Assembly: GCA_905331295.1 (NCBI GenBank)
Contig: CAJNYD010000034.1
Coordinates: 310,001 to 374,000 of the forward strand
Length of the DNA stretch: 64,000 nucleotides
DNA from: Rotaria socialis
Lineage: Eukaryota
Direction of reading: 5' to 3'
Shown here: positions 1 through 12,976 of the stretch, piece after piece
Position numbering within the stretch: the first letter of the stretch is position 1
How the letters are laid out: each line of letters starts with the position of its first letter
Translations under genes and position numbers: made by a program
The notes under the pieces: model-generated
Seen by the model: the letters and a program-made list of their open reading frames with translations, nothing else
Database searches by the model: none
What the model was told of the DNA's origin: nothing

Positions 1-1218
1 AGTCAAAAAATACGATTGGTCATAATATGTAAAATCAGAGAACCAATTGTATTGGTCGGTTTCAGGTCAAAATTGCTTTTACAATTTCGATCTTTTCCTT
101 TTAACCCAGTTCATTAATGAAATTCGCTTAAAGTTCTGTTTAGTTTTAACTTCTCATGATAAATAAATATTTCTTCACTTAAATCAAAATAATGAATCGA
201 CTGCAGTACAATTGAAACTTCGTTTTGATGTATAAGTCAACGGCTTGCTGAAGCAATTCATTCGAAAATTATTATAGAATTCGAACAGTGAAGTAAGTTA
301 ATTTAGTATTGCGTTGAAATAGTAAAAATGTTAGCACTGATAAGAGTTTCGATAAGCGTTACATCACCAGTGGTTTGGATTAGGTACATGCATAGATAGT
401 ACACTCGTGATCTTGATGTTGGTAGTTTCTTTTTAATCACAAAGACGCTTTTCCTAGACTCGATGGAATTTAATGCGCTTTAGAATCTTTCGAATAAGCA
501 AAATAAATTTCAAAAATTGTATTCAACTATCTATCCATGGAGTTCTAGAAATTGATCGGAGAAAGCAGAAATATACAATGCACTTCAAATACTTGATTTG
601 TATTCATACTGAATTATTAAACAGTGAATCATTGAGACGGAGATCCTAGGGACACCCACACTTGCTTTGAATTCGATATGTGCCCAAGAATTCTGTCTAA
701 CCAAACCCGTTTATAGCGACCCGAGAAAAAAAATCATTACTAGCAAGTCAGTACTCAAACAGACAAATAGTTTTGACGCCAAGTTAAAAGACCATGTTCA
801 CCATTGAAAATATGTAACAATAAAACGTTAAAAAAATCATACGAGTCATCTAGGAAACGTACATAGGTGTTTTCAGATAGTGGTTTTTTGACGGCACTAT
901 GCAAAAGAAATTAATTTCATGTGCAGCAAGAATGGTTTAAAAAGCGCTTGTAAGTTTTCTTAATATTAGAGCAGTGCTTTAGAGTATCATGATGCTTTTT
1001 TTGGATGATTAAGATACTTTTTTAATTTCACCGAATGATTGTAAAAACGTTTCGATAGGATGCACGATTCAGGTGGTTAAGCAATTCTTTAGAATTACTT
1101 CTTTGTCTCGGCGATGAATACACAAATATTGCTCGACTTCAAGTAGACCTAGGTAACTGTTGCTGTGAGAGTTTTTTTTTCATCCATATCCGTTTACTAT
1201 CTAATGGCATAATACGAA

Positions 1219-1399
1219 CAGTGGCGGCGCGACCGGAGGGTACCTTCCTTGTGCTTTTGAAAAATATGAACTCAATTTTCTTCGATTTTGACAAAAAGTT
1301 ATATGAAATTTTCTCTCGCTTCGAGCATAATACATCGGTAATATTGTCCCACTTTGAAAAAGTACCTCCTCCTGCTTTTAGCCCTTCGCGCCGCTATTG
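1219..1399. mobile_element. hAT-like MITE with 8-bp target-site duplication
   Basis: Termini CAGTGGCGGCGCG ... CGCGCCGCTATTG are imperfect inverted repeats. An identical 8-mer AATACGAA flanks both sides (1211-1218, 1400-1407). An 8-bp TSD with CAG ends is typical of hAT elements. Confidence 0.85.
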
Positions 1400-4300
1400 A
1401 ATACGAACATGTCGCTTTTCACCCTTCAAAAGCTGTGCAATCATTTTGATATGTCAATTGTTACGTGCTTCTTCTGGTTTGAATTCTTTTAAGTATATTA
1501 CATTCAATAGTAAAAATTTTGCTTTGCATGATGAATATCTTGCATGCTAATTGACATTTGTGCACGAATTAAACCTACATAGATTATTTTGATTTATACC
1601 AGAAATTTCCACCCAAAAACAAAATAGACCAACGAGGTACTTGGTCAGTTCTGTTTTCTTCATAATTTCATCTTTTCATATTACATAGATGCGCTCTTCT
1701 GTGACGCTACTCACAAATTTACTTTCCTGTAAAATTATAGTCATTCATTGAAGCAGAAATAAATTTCTTTAAACAGTATTGAATTGTTTTTTTTTGTGCA
1801 AATTTCAACTAGTTGAAGTTAAAAGGTATTTCTTGATTTGAGTAACATATCTGGATCTCTTTGTAAATAGCTTAAGGTAAAAAGTCTACTGAGATAGCAG
1901 TCACGTACTGCACATATATTTCACCAAACAGAAATATGCGCATGAAACTTAATACGGTAATTTATTTTATAAGATATGACTGACTAAAATAGCTATGCTC
2001 TTAATGATATCTTCATTTGGATTCTTATCGAGAAGAAAATGCACTTGATTACCTCTACAATGTATAATGTTATAAGTCTACATATATCGATGTGATATCA
2101 AAAGTCTTTTGATTTAATTCATCAGTTTTGAATGGCAAATATAATTATTTCATACACAACTATGCCATTGAAGAAACTTTTTATTCCGTTTTGAATAGAT
2201 CAAAATCGTTACAGATTAAAGTGTTTCCGAGTAGTGTATACATTAGTGGAGATGAACGCAATTTTCTAACATGAAATATCTATTTAAAAAGTATTATTCA
2301 TACCATTTGTCATGTTTTTGCTAATGAGATTATGAACAATAGAGCTAGTGAAGCATCATATAACAAAAAAATAGTTGCATGACTTTTTGTTTCAAATAAA
2401 TAGGGATTGTCATAAATACACCAACCTTTTTTAAAGGAAAGCTATCATTGAAAGTACTCATAACCTAGAGCACAATCTGTCACTGTGAATGAATTTTTGA
2501 TAAGGACATTCTCTACTTTGAGAAGGTTCGCATTGGTATTCAGACAAAGACATATGATATCATTTTAAAAGAATAGAAATGACATACTAATGCAGTAGAG
2601 CTAGCATAAAAACTCCAATTTCGCTCATAATTGAGCAACATTAAAAACAAAATATACGCATTTGAGTTATCACACTTGCTAAGCACGCGCATAAATATTT
2701 ATCGAACTAATTATGTGATAGGAGTCTATATTCTAAATATATTATCATTGAACAAATACTATTTAAAATAAAAATGACTAAAGTTTCTGTTAGTCTCTGG
2801 TCATAATTAGGCCACTGTTGATTTAAACACCTTGCATTTTTGCGCTGAACACAATTTCTATTATTATGCCGATTCACTTTTTAAGAAACAGAAATCTATG
2901 ATTGTGAAATATCAATTCATGTTTTTAGCTCTATTTTATTATCATCTCAATACTATAGAAAGCTATTTTACAATCAAAAAATTTGAAAAAAAATATCGTT
3001 TAGAAAACATTGACCAAATAAAGTCCGCCAGAGTATAAGTAAAAATACGATTGTCTTCGTCGTGACCGATTTATTTTCTAGTTCATAATTGTCAACCAGA
3101 ACTGTTATTAAGAGGATAAGAAAAGAATTCAAATATTTTTAGAAAATCTACTTGCTGTTTATTTTTTATTTTGTTGACGATGCATTTTAAATACATTCTG
3201 TTATTATGAGTTTCGACGAGAGAATATAATCACATGTATAAACGACCACAGTATATTCATTATAAAGTGAATTATCATCAGACGAATACATTAAGAGAAA
3301 TGTTTCACTTGAAGAAAGAAAAAAACTAGGCGGTATAATGCTCCACTAGCAAAGGACTGGATAAAATAGTTCTTAACGGTAGGTCATGAATACAGTTTTA
3401 TGACCTACTTTGACTAATTTTAGTCAAATTATTATTTATTCTCTTGAAAATATGGATTACGTACAAATTTTTATGAGAGACGATGAAGGAATATTGCAGA
3501 ACCATAAGAGTACACTGTTCAAATCTGTTAACATTCTGAAAATCCTTCGCAAATAAGACAGATGAAGTTGATAAATCCGTAAAGATCGTATTACAATAAT
3601 GTCTTGCTTGTAATAGATGAACTGTTTAATTTTGTCTTATTTTATGAATATTAAGTAAAACGATGATAAAGAAATGTATACGAAAATAGGTAGAACAAAA
3701 GGATCTTTCTATGATTAACAAGTGTAACTAAATAATATCTCATATTTTTATTTCGCAAGAATTTTGTTGGTAGCTTTTTTTTGACAGAAAAGACATTTTC
3801 AACAGAATGAATACTGTTATTAATGATAATGAGTTCATCGCTATTTCATCTATAGTAAGCAGTAATGCGTTCGATGAAATGATATCATCATAGGATTTGA
3901 TCAATTTTCCGGATTGGATTGAATTTTATTTCGGTATACAATCTGTTTTTGATCCAAATGGAGTTATATTTTTCTCATAAGTGATAAATCACGTTTTGTT
4001 TTTGAGGATTTATATACTCGAATTGAAATAGATTTAGTAGGTCAACGGTATAATCTTCCATCATTCACTGATGTGATCAATTTATGATAGTTTAGTGAAT
4101 TTATGAATCTTGGTAGTATCTAAGATTTTGATATAATTTCAAGAATACACATACGATGAAATCTTTCCTATACAAGAACTATGTGTAAAGCGATTAATGT
4201 ATCTAAGGATTGAAATGACTTCATTGTATACATATTTACATAATCATTCATTACAACAAATTTGCCAAATGTACGCTCAAAACTATTGCAGATAATATGC

Positions 4301-4509
4301 ATGAAACTCATGACTAACTATTCATAGCTGAGAACGAATTAGGAAAAGGTACGAGTACTACCATGATTATTTGGCAGTAAATTTATTCAATAGCACGCTT
4401 ATCTATTCGAATTTATGTGAAAATTGAAGCTTGCCTCTCATATAAACTGTGGAACAGTTGTTCAGTAGTAGATTGCATTGAAATTTAATCGCTCAATAAG
4501 ACCCGCATG

Positions 4510-4722
4510 TAGGGGTGGCAGTTTAACCGTCAAGTTTAAAGTTATTTAAGGTCGCCTTTAAACGCTTCTTTTTAATACTTTTTACTGTGCTGATGTATTT
4601 AGCCATGCTTATGAGACTCTCTGAAACCGAAAAAACGCCAAAAAGAAGCATTTAAGCGTGACTTAAAAACAACTTTAAACTCTGCATTTTACGGTCAATT
4701 TAAAGTTAAAGTGCCACCCCTA
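4510..4722. mobile_element. hAT-like MITE
   Basis: TIRs TAGGGGTGGCAGTTTAAC / GTTAAAGTGCCACCCCTA (1 mismatch), with further internal inverted similarity. Flanks CCCGCATG (4502-4509) and CTCGCATG (4723-4730) form an 8-bp TSD with 1 mismatch. Confidence 0.85.
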
Positions 4723-6225
4723 CTCGCATGTTAATAAGTTCATTTTTTCTAGTTTACTCTATTTCTTGTAGTCTCTTTGAATTACTTTGAGTTTTTCTCT
4801 TCAGGTTTTGACGGCATACAACTAAGCATGAATAATATGAGACTGAAAATGTAACGAGTTTGTTTCCTGTCATGAAAACTTCTAATTAAGATATATATAA
4901 CCGATAGACTTCTCGTTTTGTAAGTGTAAACAGGACAAAGAAAGATATGAACATTGGATAAGTAGTCATACATATAAAAAATACATTCTACATGTGGATT
5001 CAATTATTCCTATGTTTTGATTAAAAATAAAGAATATTTGGCGTGAGAGCGTTTGCCTAAAACGAAGACAATAAAAAAAAACGCTTCTTCCATTCATGTT
5101 ACAAAATATGATATTTTTCTTTCTTCATTGTCTTGATTTTAATTGTTGATTGAAACTAGGATACCGCTTAGACTTTTCTGTTTTTCAAACACAAACTTTT
5201 TGCAAGTACTAATTGATTCGCAATACGAAATCCACTTACGACTACTACTACTACGTATAAAATGTTTTGGTAAAAATAAATCATTAGTCAAGCATTCTGA
5301 ATTGAAGATTTTTAAATATGCACATGACCCACACTATAAAATTTTGTTGTCTTTTTTCATTATCTTAGCTGTTCGACACGCAAGATGAAATCAAACGTAA
5401 TCTTCATTGGAAAACTTCTTTCAGAATAATAAATAAAAGTTTATTTTCAACCTTTAATTGATATACAGTTAAGCGTTTTCTTTTTACAAATATTTCAAAG
5501 ATTTTAACAAAACATAAGTGGCACCTTGTAAGATGATATATGATCTATGTTCTATAGCAATTTTTTCCCGTTAACTCATTGTCGGCTTTTTTGAAGAAAA
5601 AAAACGTTTGTTTGATAAACATCCGCAACGTTTTCGCTTGCCATTTGACGTATCGTGATATAAGTGTGAAATATGAATGTCGATTTCTGCAAGTTCACGT
5701 CGTGTTTTAAGCAACTTTGACATGCATGCATTGGTATGCTCTTCTATAAACAACCTTAATAAACGATGATGAGAGCTGATAAAGTAAGAACTATCATGAG
5801 AGAGTGATGCAAGCGTAGCCCTATACGCAATTATAGAGAAAAAAATGAACTGAATGTTGAAAGAAGCTACTTTTACATAATCCGTGACTTCGCTGTTATT
5901 CATTCTACAGCATAGCATGCCTGTGTAGAATATAAAGAGAAGATTTTTGTTTCCAGAAAGATCAAGTCTAACTAATGAATATGGATAGACACACAAAAAG
6001 AAATCGCGGGTAGCCTATGCATGCTAGGATATTCATTACATAATACTCGTTCATAGAATTTGAATGCAAATATTCTCTTCATTAGATAGGAGTTTTGATT
6101 AGCAGTTAAAAACACTATATTTTTTAATTTAAAAAATGTATTTCTAGTTTTTCGTATCTCTTATATTTGAATGATTGCGATTGAAAAAGTATCCTAAATT
6201 GAACATTATTCTGTAATGTTTCCAA

Positions 6226-6519
6226 CAGTGTCCAAGAACTAAGAAATAGGAATTCCTAATCTGCCGAGGAATTGCCAGTGCCGCTGTGATAATTCCTACA
6301 GAAAATGGGAATCAACCATTTGTTCCCTCACAGTTCCACCATTCACGAAACTCGCGATATTACTTTTTTTAAATAATTTGTGCACGGAACTATTGATTCT
6401 CACAATTTTGTAAATGAAGATGAGTGTAAGAACAAAAATTGTTGTGAATATTCCATATTTTTACTGTTAGTATGCAATGAATTGAAGTGGAATTCCTAAT
6501 TCTCAGCCCTTGGACACCC
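6226..6519. mobile_element. Degenerate MITE with ~30-bp TIRs
   Basis: GTGTCCAAGAACTAAGAAATAGGAATTCC at the left matches the reverse complement of GGAATTCCTAATTCTCAGCCCTTGGACAC at the right. No clear TSD. Confidence 0.6.
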
Positions 6520-7998
6520 CTCAATATTTCGAATAAAATGATTCTATTTCAAATAATATTCATAGGTGAAAAAGAATATTCAATTTCGAAGAATGCTCTC
6601 TATACCTATTAAAAACATTTTATCATTTTCTTTCATCACGCTAAAGTTCATGGAAGAACAGAATAATAATTATATAGATATATAACAAAGAAAAGCAAGA
6701 GAGCAAAGGCCAAAAAAACATCTAAACCGATAGACGACAATATAATCGGCCTTGAAACACGTGACTTTCATAAGGAACCAAAAAACGTACTTACTCGTAA
6801 AGCTTGAATCATGATAACCGAATACAAAGGGAAAAAAGAAGGAATCCGATTACTTTATTTATTTATGATACGTAGCATGTTCGATGACTTAAACATTGAA
6901 AATAAGTGCGTTTTGTTTTTTAGGACAAAAACAGACGATATAATGTTTTTCGTCAAAATAGAGAGATTTTGAATATGTACTCAATTGGATAACTAAACTA
7001 GCTAACCTTTTAAAATCTATCTTTACAACAGTTAAATCAAGCATAATTCCAATCGTTTATTTACCATACGAAAATTTCCATATTGAACTACGTATCAAAA
7101 TCATTTGTATAATTATATTGTAATTACCAGTGAGTCATCAGGCTCACTGTTGCGGAGTATTATAAAAAGTAACATTATTTTTGTAGTCGGAACATTCCGT
7201 TTTTTTTATGCTCTATTTTGAAGAATAAATTTTTGAATTTTAGCTTCATAAAAATTATATCTAATTTTATTGTGATTATTTTTCTTATTTAGCAAAAATC
7301 CAGACGATCAACATTTAAATTACCGTTACTTATTCAAAGAAAAGAATTGATTAAACATAGACGTTCTTTTTATTGCTGTTTCATTCTCAAGTTTCATTCG
7401 GTTGTTGGCAATCTTTTGCGATAGTTGTTATTTCATTACTATTAAGTTTATCGGAATCAGAGTAAAACAACAAATATTGATTAGTACAAATTTATGGTAC
7501 GTTATTCTCGGATGTACTTTTTTTCTTGTTATTTACGGTTTCCCTCAAGGTTTCACGTTTCTTTAGTTTGATTGCGTATCATTATCTAGACAGTCGAATA
7601 GCTACGATCGATCGTATACAATAGTGGCTTCCTATTTTTTACTCTAAAACCCAATCCAACTCTTATAACCATGTATCACAACTCACATTATTTTTTTCTA
7701 TTTTTTATTAGATTTCAAAATCTCAATAGGCATAAAAATGAACAAAATTGAGAAACAGAAAAAATAATCTATGAACAAAGAATAGTTATATAATTTAGTA
7801 TATTACACTTTTTTGCTTCCTTTTTTTCATCTATTTTTATCATTAGCATCTGCATCTCTTCTAGCCATAAAATTTACAACTGGGAAGAGTAGGAGAAAAG
7901 CGATACTCAGGCAAGTGCATTAAGAACAAGAAAAAATACTGCAGAACAGAGCAAAAAGAAGGAAGAGAAAAAGAAAAGAGAAAATGTCGCCTTGGCGC

Positions 7999-9028
7999 TA
8001 TAAATAATGCTTTGCAAGCGCCCGCTTTATCTATATCTGTACGTAAGTGCATTTTTGCATTCTATATCGCCGTCTATTCTCTGTGTTTATGTAGAAAGTA
8101 TAAGAGAGAAAAAAGAGAATAGTAGACTGTCTAACGTTTGTTTCGAAAATGGTTGTGCGATTAAGTAGGTTATAATTTTTGCAGTCTCCAAGCAATACAT
8201 AGAGGTTTCTATTCAACATAAGCTATATCAAAAATAAATAGAAATTAGTTTAGATAAAGGTAAGTAAGAATAATATATTTTTTCATTTAAACCACCTTAA
8301 AATATGTATTCAAAATATGTACAAATGAAATCTTCATAAAAAAAGAAATGTGTCGATGACCTTTTTTTTTCTTTTCTGCACTCAAATTCAAATCAGCACA
8401 TATTCAACCTCACATATTTGGCCACGTTTATATTTTTTTTATTGGATGCTGCATTTACGCAAATGTAGGAGTAGAGTTCGTTGAATACAGATTTTTTTCC
8501 TTTTTTTTTATAAAAATCACAGTTTCACTGAAAAAATCATTCACAGAAAATTGATAAGCGATAAAATGAAAATTACGATATAAAAATTTTGTGAATGGCT
8601 GTAATAATAATAATAAAATGAATAAGATACATATATACATACTTAAATGATTATAAGTGTATTATAATTATTTTTTATTTCAAAACTATTTTTTTTTCTT
8701 CGCCGCATTTATACTCAAGACAATCATAACTAGAAATACTAAATTCCTTCTTATTTCAAACTGATTTTATTTCTATTTAGTTAGAGTCTAGTCATGTTCT
8801 GCTGTATGTACATATGCGGACATTTTTATTTCTCAATAAAGTTTATTATTACCTTTTATGATATTTTTTCGCCTTGTATCATAATGATGCATTTGTTTTT
8901 ATTCTTGCTGCTTTTATTAGTGAAGGCGTGTCTACATATTTCAGTAGCGGCATACAAAATATCGCACAAACAATCTTTCTTGTTAACTAATCATATTGTT
9001 TTTTTTTACATCATAGGCCTTTTTTCAG
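7999..9028 (+). promoter_or_regulatory. Putative TATA box, non-coding first exon and 5'-UTR intron of the nuclear receptor gene
   Basis: TATAAA at 7999-8004 after a purine-rich tract; strong donor AAG/GTAAGT at 8260; acceptor TTTTTTCAG ending 9028, 35 nt before the ATG at 9064. Confidence 0.4.
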
Positions 9029-9063
9029 ATAGATAGTAATGAAAATAAGAAATTAACAAAATC

Positions 9064-12000
9064 ATGAGCAGTAACAGTGATAGAGCAACATCAATGGTCG
9101 AAGTCATGGATGATGGATCAATAAGTATGGATGATGATATTACGGAAGTTGACTATAAGCAACAATCTCGTACGCATACAGCACGTTCGAGCGCTGGCAG
9201 TACAAGTAGTAATGGTACAGGAACGAAACGTCAAAAAGATATATCACCATGTTATGTGTGTGGAGCGAAAGCCAATGGGTACAATTTTGATCAAAGTAAT
9301 AAAATAGACAAACGATATAATAGATCTTTTTTTACATTGTATTAATTGTTTATATCTAGTCACATGTGAATCGTGTAAAGCATTCTTTCGTCGCAATGCA
9401 TTAAAATCGATGGTAAACATCTATTAATAATTATTCGGCTGAAAAATAAAAAGCTATTTATTAAATATAATTTAGGAAAAATTTCGCTGTCGTAATAATG
9501 ATAGTTGTGTTGTAACGTCAGTGACACGGAAACGTTGTAAGCGATGTCGTTTAGCTAAATGTTTTCAAGTTGGTAAGTACTTAATAATAATAATAATAGA
9601 AACATTGAAGAAAACTCTTATTACTCGAATCCAATTAGGCATGAGAAAAGAATGGATATTAACAGATGAAGAAAAAACCTTAAAACGTCAAAAAATTGTG
9701 CGCAATCGTATGATTAAACAACAAGCACAACTAAGTCTTCAACAGCAAACAAATGCTACAGTTCATTCAACTCTTCAAATAAATACGAAAACAATTGAAG
9801 TTAGTTTCTAAAGCAATTATTGCACATTTTACATTTCCTCTATTTAAATACTATTACAGCTCCTAATAAGAATGAAAAAGTTTCTAATAGGAAATCTTGA
9901 AAAATTCTGGTTGTCGAAGGAACAATAGGTTTTTTTATTTTATTTTTTTTAAAATTTAAATGTAGAACAAAAAACAACAAAAAGATAAGGTTGAAGTAAT
10001 TCAATCTTTTATCCTCTTATGCTAATTCAGTAGAGTTGGTGTTAGGTCATCGCCAGGAAAAAAAAGGTTGTAGAGCTGTCGATCATCTCGTTTATATATT
10101 TTAAGTTGGACAAAGTTATTTCACTATATACGTAAATGTAGAATGATTCATTAGTGATCCATTTTTAGTGAATGAAATAATAATTATATTCATTTTTTAT
10201 CTGATTAGTTAACTCCTTTTCTCGCAGGTATACCAATCTTTCTTTTAAACTTTAGTAGAGTTAGAAATGCACTTATTTTCCGTGAAATTATTTTCTTTTT
10301 AAAGTGAATGTAATATTTTGTTCAAGTTATTACTTATCTGATGGGAAACAGATGCCTACGGAGGAGTATCACGTACTATATGGCATCATAGTTCCTAATA
10401 TCGAGACGACCAATTAGGTCACCGGATGAACATTTTTACGCCAGGCTTCACAATGGATGAAACCGGTAAATGAGTCGCTTTCATAGAAAGATAAATTATT
10501 CGACACATTCATTTGTAGATATTTACAGATTGAAATCAATTCGTCAATTTTTTCTTCATCTTAGTATCCATAACCTTCATTTAATGTTTATAATACAACA
10601 GTATTAATTTTGATTTCGAATCGAAATCATTCAGTCGTATCGTCAACAAGTCAACAAAATGAAAGGTTATTAAAAAAATCGACCGTGTTCTATCTGACAT
10701 CGATAAAAAAATTATTTTCAACATCATTTAGAAATGTGTTCTGACTGATTACTTATTCAAATTAAGTTTTCAGTATGAATATCGTGTGATCTATGAATTT
10801 ATATCAGATATGGCAGGATACTAGAAAATTATTTTTGCGTTTTTTTCATTAGAAATTGGTCAAACTGACACAAATTCTTACGAATCAATATTATTTTTGA
10901 ATAGGTTGTCGCTATGATATCCTCATAAATATCATGATAAATCTATCCGTATTCAAATAATTTTCTAACAACTGCTTTGCAAATAGACCTTGTCTGTAGT
11001 GTTCCATGTCACATTTGCAAACAGCATAATATTGACTCAGCGTAACTTAATAGAAGCGAAGCAAATTTTCCTATTTTTTTATAAGAAAAAAAAAGCATAC
11101 CTTTTCCCACTCATAAGCCTTAGTGAAGTGATGATTGAGAAAGAAATCAATTCATATGATAGTATATTTTGTATGATTCATATGTCATATTTATTGACAC
11201 TGTTGTAGTATGACAACGATTACAATTTAATCATGGATTTAAATATCAAACGTGTTTCACTATAAAGCATAGTATGTGAAAGGCTTAGGTCGAGTTCACC
11301 ACATAATCCGTAAAGTTAAGAGTTAAAAAATTCGAATAGAAACTTTCCCAATAAAAATTTCACTTATTCTTGATGGAAAAATTTTCTATCGAGCGTGCAG
11401 AAACATTTGATGTACAAGAAGAGATTTTGTAAAGTTTTGTTTTTCTTCCTAACCTTCTAGAAATCGCTATCTAAAATTGAGCAAACTCTCAGCAGTCCAT
11501 TACCAATAATGTACATGAAGCCTCCACCAGATCAACAATTGTATGAGCGTCAACAATTTTTACTTGACCAATTATCAAATGGATATGAATTAATAGCAAA
11601 TCAGTATCCGCAACCCAATAAATTTGTTTATCGTAATAAAATCATATATCAAACAGAAAATTTCGACGAGAAATTATCACTAATTAAAGATTTAACAAGA
11701 GAACTAACACAAATGACAACATTACGCCTATTAAACTATTTTAATTTAATACCTGAATTTCAATTATTATCACAACAAGAAAAAAAAACTATTCTTACAC
11801 AAAATATGTTAACAGTATTTATGTTTCATGGAGCATTAACATATAATGCCGATAACGATACATTTGTCGATCGGACATTAGGTAAGAGCAAATTAAAAGT
11901 TATTCATTAAAATGAAAAAGTTCATTCAAATTTAGCTGATGACCCCTATGATGCCAAATATTTACTTTATGTATATGGGCCAAAAGTTTATGATAATTTT

Positions 12001-12976
12001 ATTGCATTAGCTAAAGTATTATGTTCTGTTATATACCAGTCAATAGATGATAAACAATTCGAAGAACATTCACATACATTATATTTACTACTTATGGTGG
12101 TTCTTTTATTTTCCAATGACTTTCATGCTAATGCAATTGAAGATAAACAATCGAAACTATCTAAAATTCAACACAATTATATTGATATAGCATGTCGACT
12201 CTTACATGATCGATTTGGTTTTACCCCTGGACGACGATTGTTTCAAAAACTTTTTCCTTTACTAATTGGTAAATATTAACAGTGGGAGATGAAAATAAAC
12301 TAGAGCCATGTTTCTCTTGATTCAATAGACTTAACATGTACAAGTAATATTGACTTCGATTTAAATCTTTCACGTCAGTTACTCGTTTTTAACGTTGAGG
12401 ATTAACTGCTCTAGTCTTGCTTAAAGTCTACACAATGAATGAGGATTACTATGACTAGTCATTTTATATTTCCAACAATATATGATCTTATATCTAATCA
12501 CCAAAGTTTTATGCATAGAAATCTAAGTAGTTAATCGATTTTTTTCTTTTTTTTTGTTTTCTTCAAATTCTTATGGTTATCATTTTTTTGTATTTATATT
12601 AGACCTTCAGAAATTATGCTCAGCACTGGCAAATGTTAATTTGTGTGAAATGGCGGAAGATGAAGATCGATCATCATCATCATCATCATCATCATCATAT
12701 CGAGCAATTACAACATCAACAGCAACAACAGAAACAAGCGTGACAACTTATCATGGTGATCAACAACAATCAGTTCAAACATCATCAATATCGTCTTCAT
12801 TGGAATTTAACTCAACAATGATAAGTGGCACATCTCATTTGAATGAATTACAGAAAGAAAACCGAGCGCCATCACCACCATTGTCTTTTAATTCAACTTC
12901 ACAATCACCAAATGTTCGGTCGTCACCATCGGTTCTTTCCAGCACAACAACAACATTTCATAATTATTCAATATAA
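9064..12976 (+). CDS. Nuclear hormone receptor, NR1J (HR96/DAF-12/NHR-8-like) group; 7 coding exons
   Basis: Exons ~9064-9295, 9360-9412, 9476-9572, 9639-9799, 11461-11881, 11936-12268, 12603-12976, all GT-AG and in phase. Spliced DBD: CYVCGAKANGYNFDQITCESCKAFFRRNALKSMEKFRCRNNDSCVVTSVTRKRCKRCRLAKCFQVGMRKEWILTDEEK. The CESCKA P-box and GMRKEWIL are NR1J hallmarks. LBD signature FNLIPEFQLLSQQEKKTIL is present. Confidence 0.92.
12671..12697 (+). repeat. (TCA)n trinucleotide repeat encoding poly-Ser in the receptor C-terminal tail
   Basis: About 9 TCA units in frame. Confidence 0.9.

Noticed and set aside
3180..4300. Possible decayed F-box/LRR-like gene
   Set aside because: Only vaguely coding-like, with many stops and no motif I can support.
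2832..9036. Many short ORFs (60-141 aa) upstream of the nuclear receptor
   Set aside because: They have AT-biased, F/I/K/L-rich composition, often non-ATG starts, and no domains or consistent splice structure.
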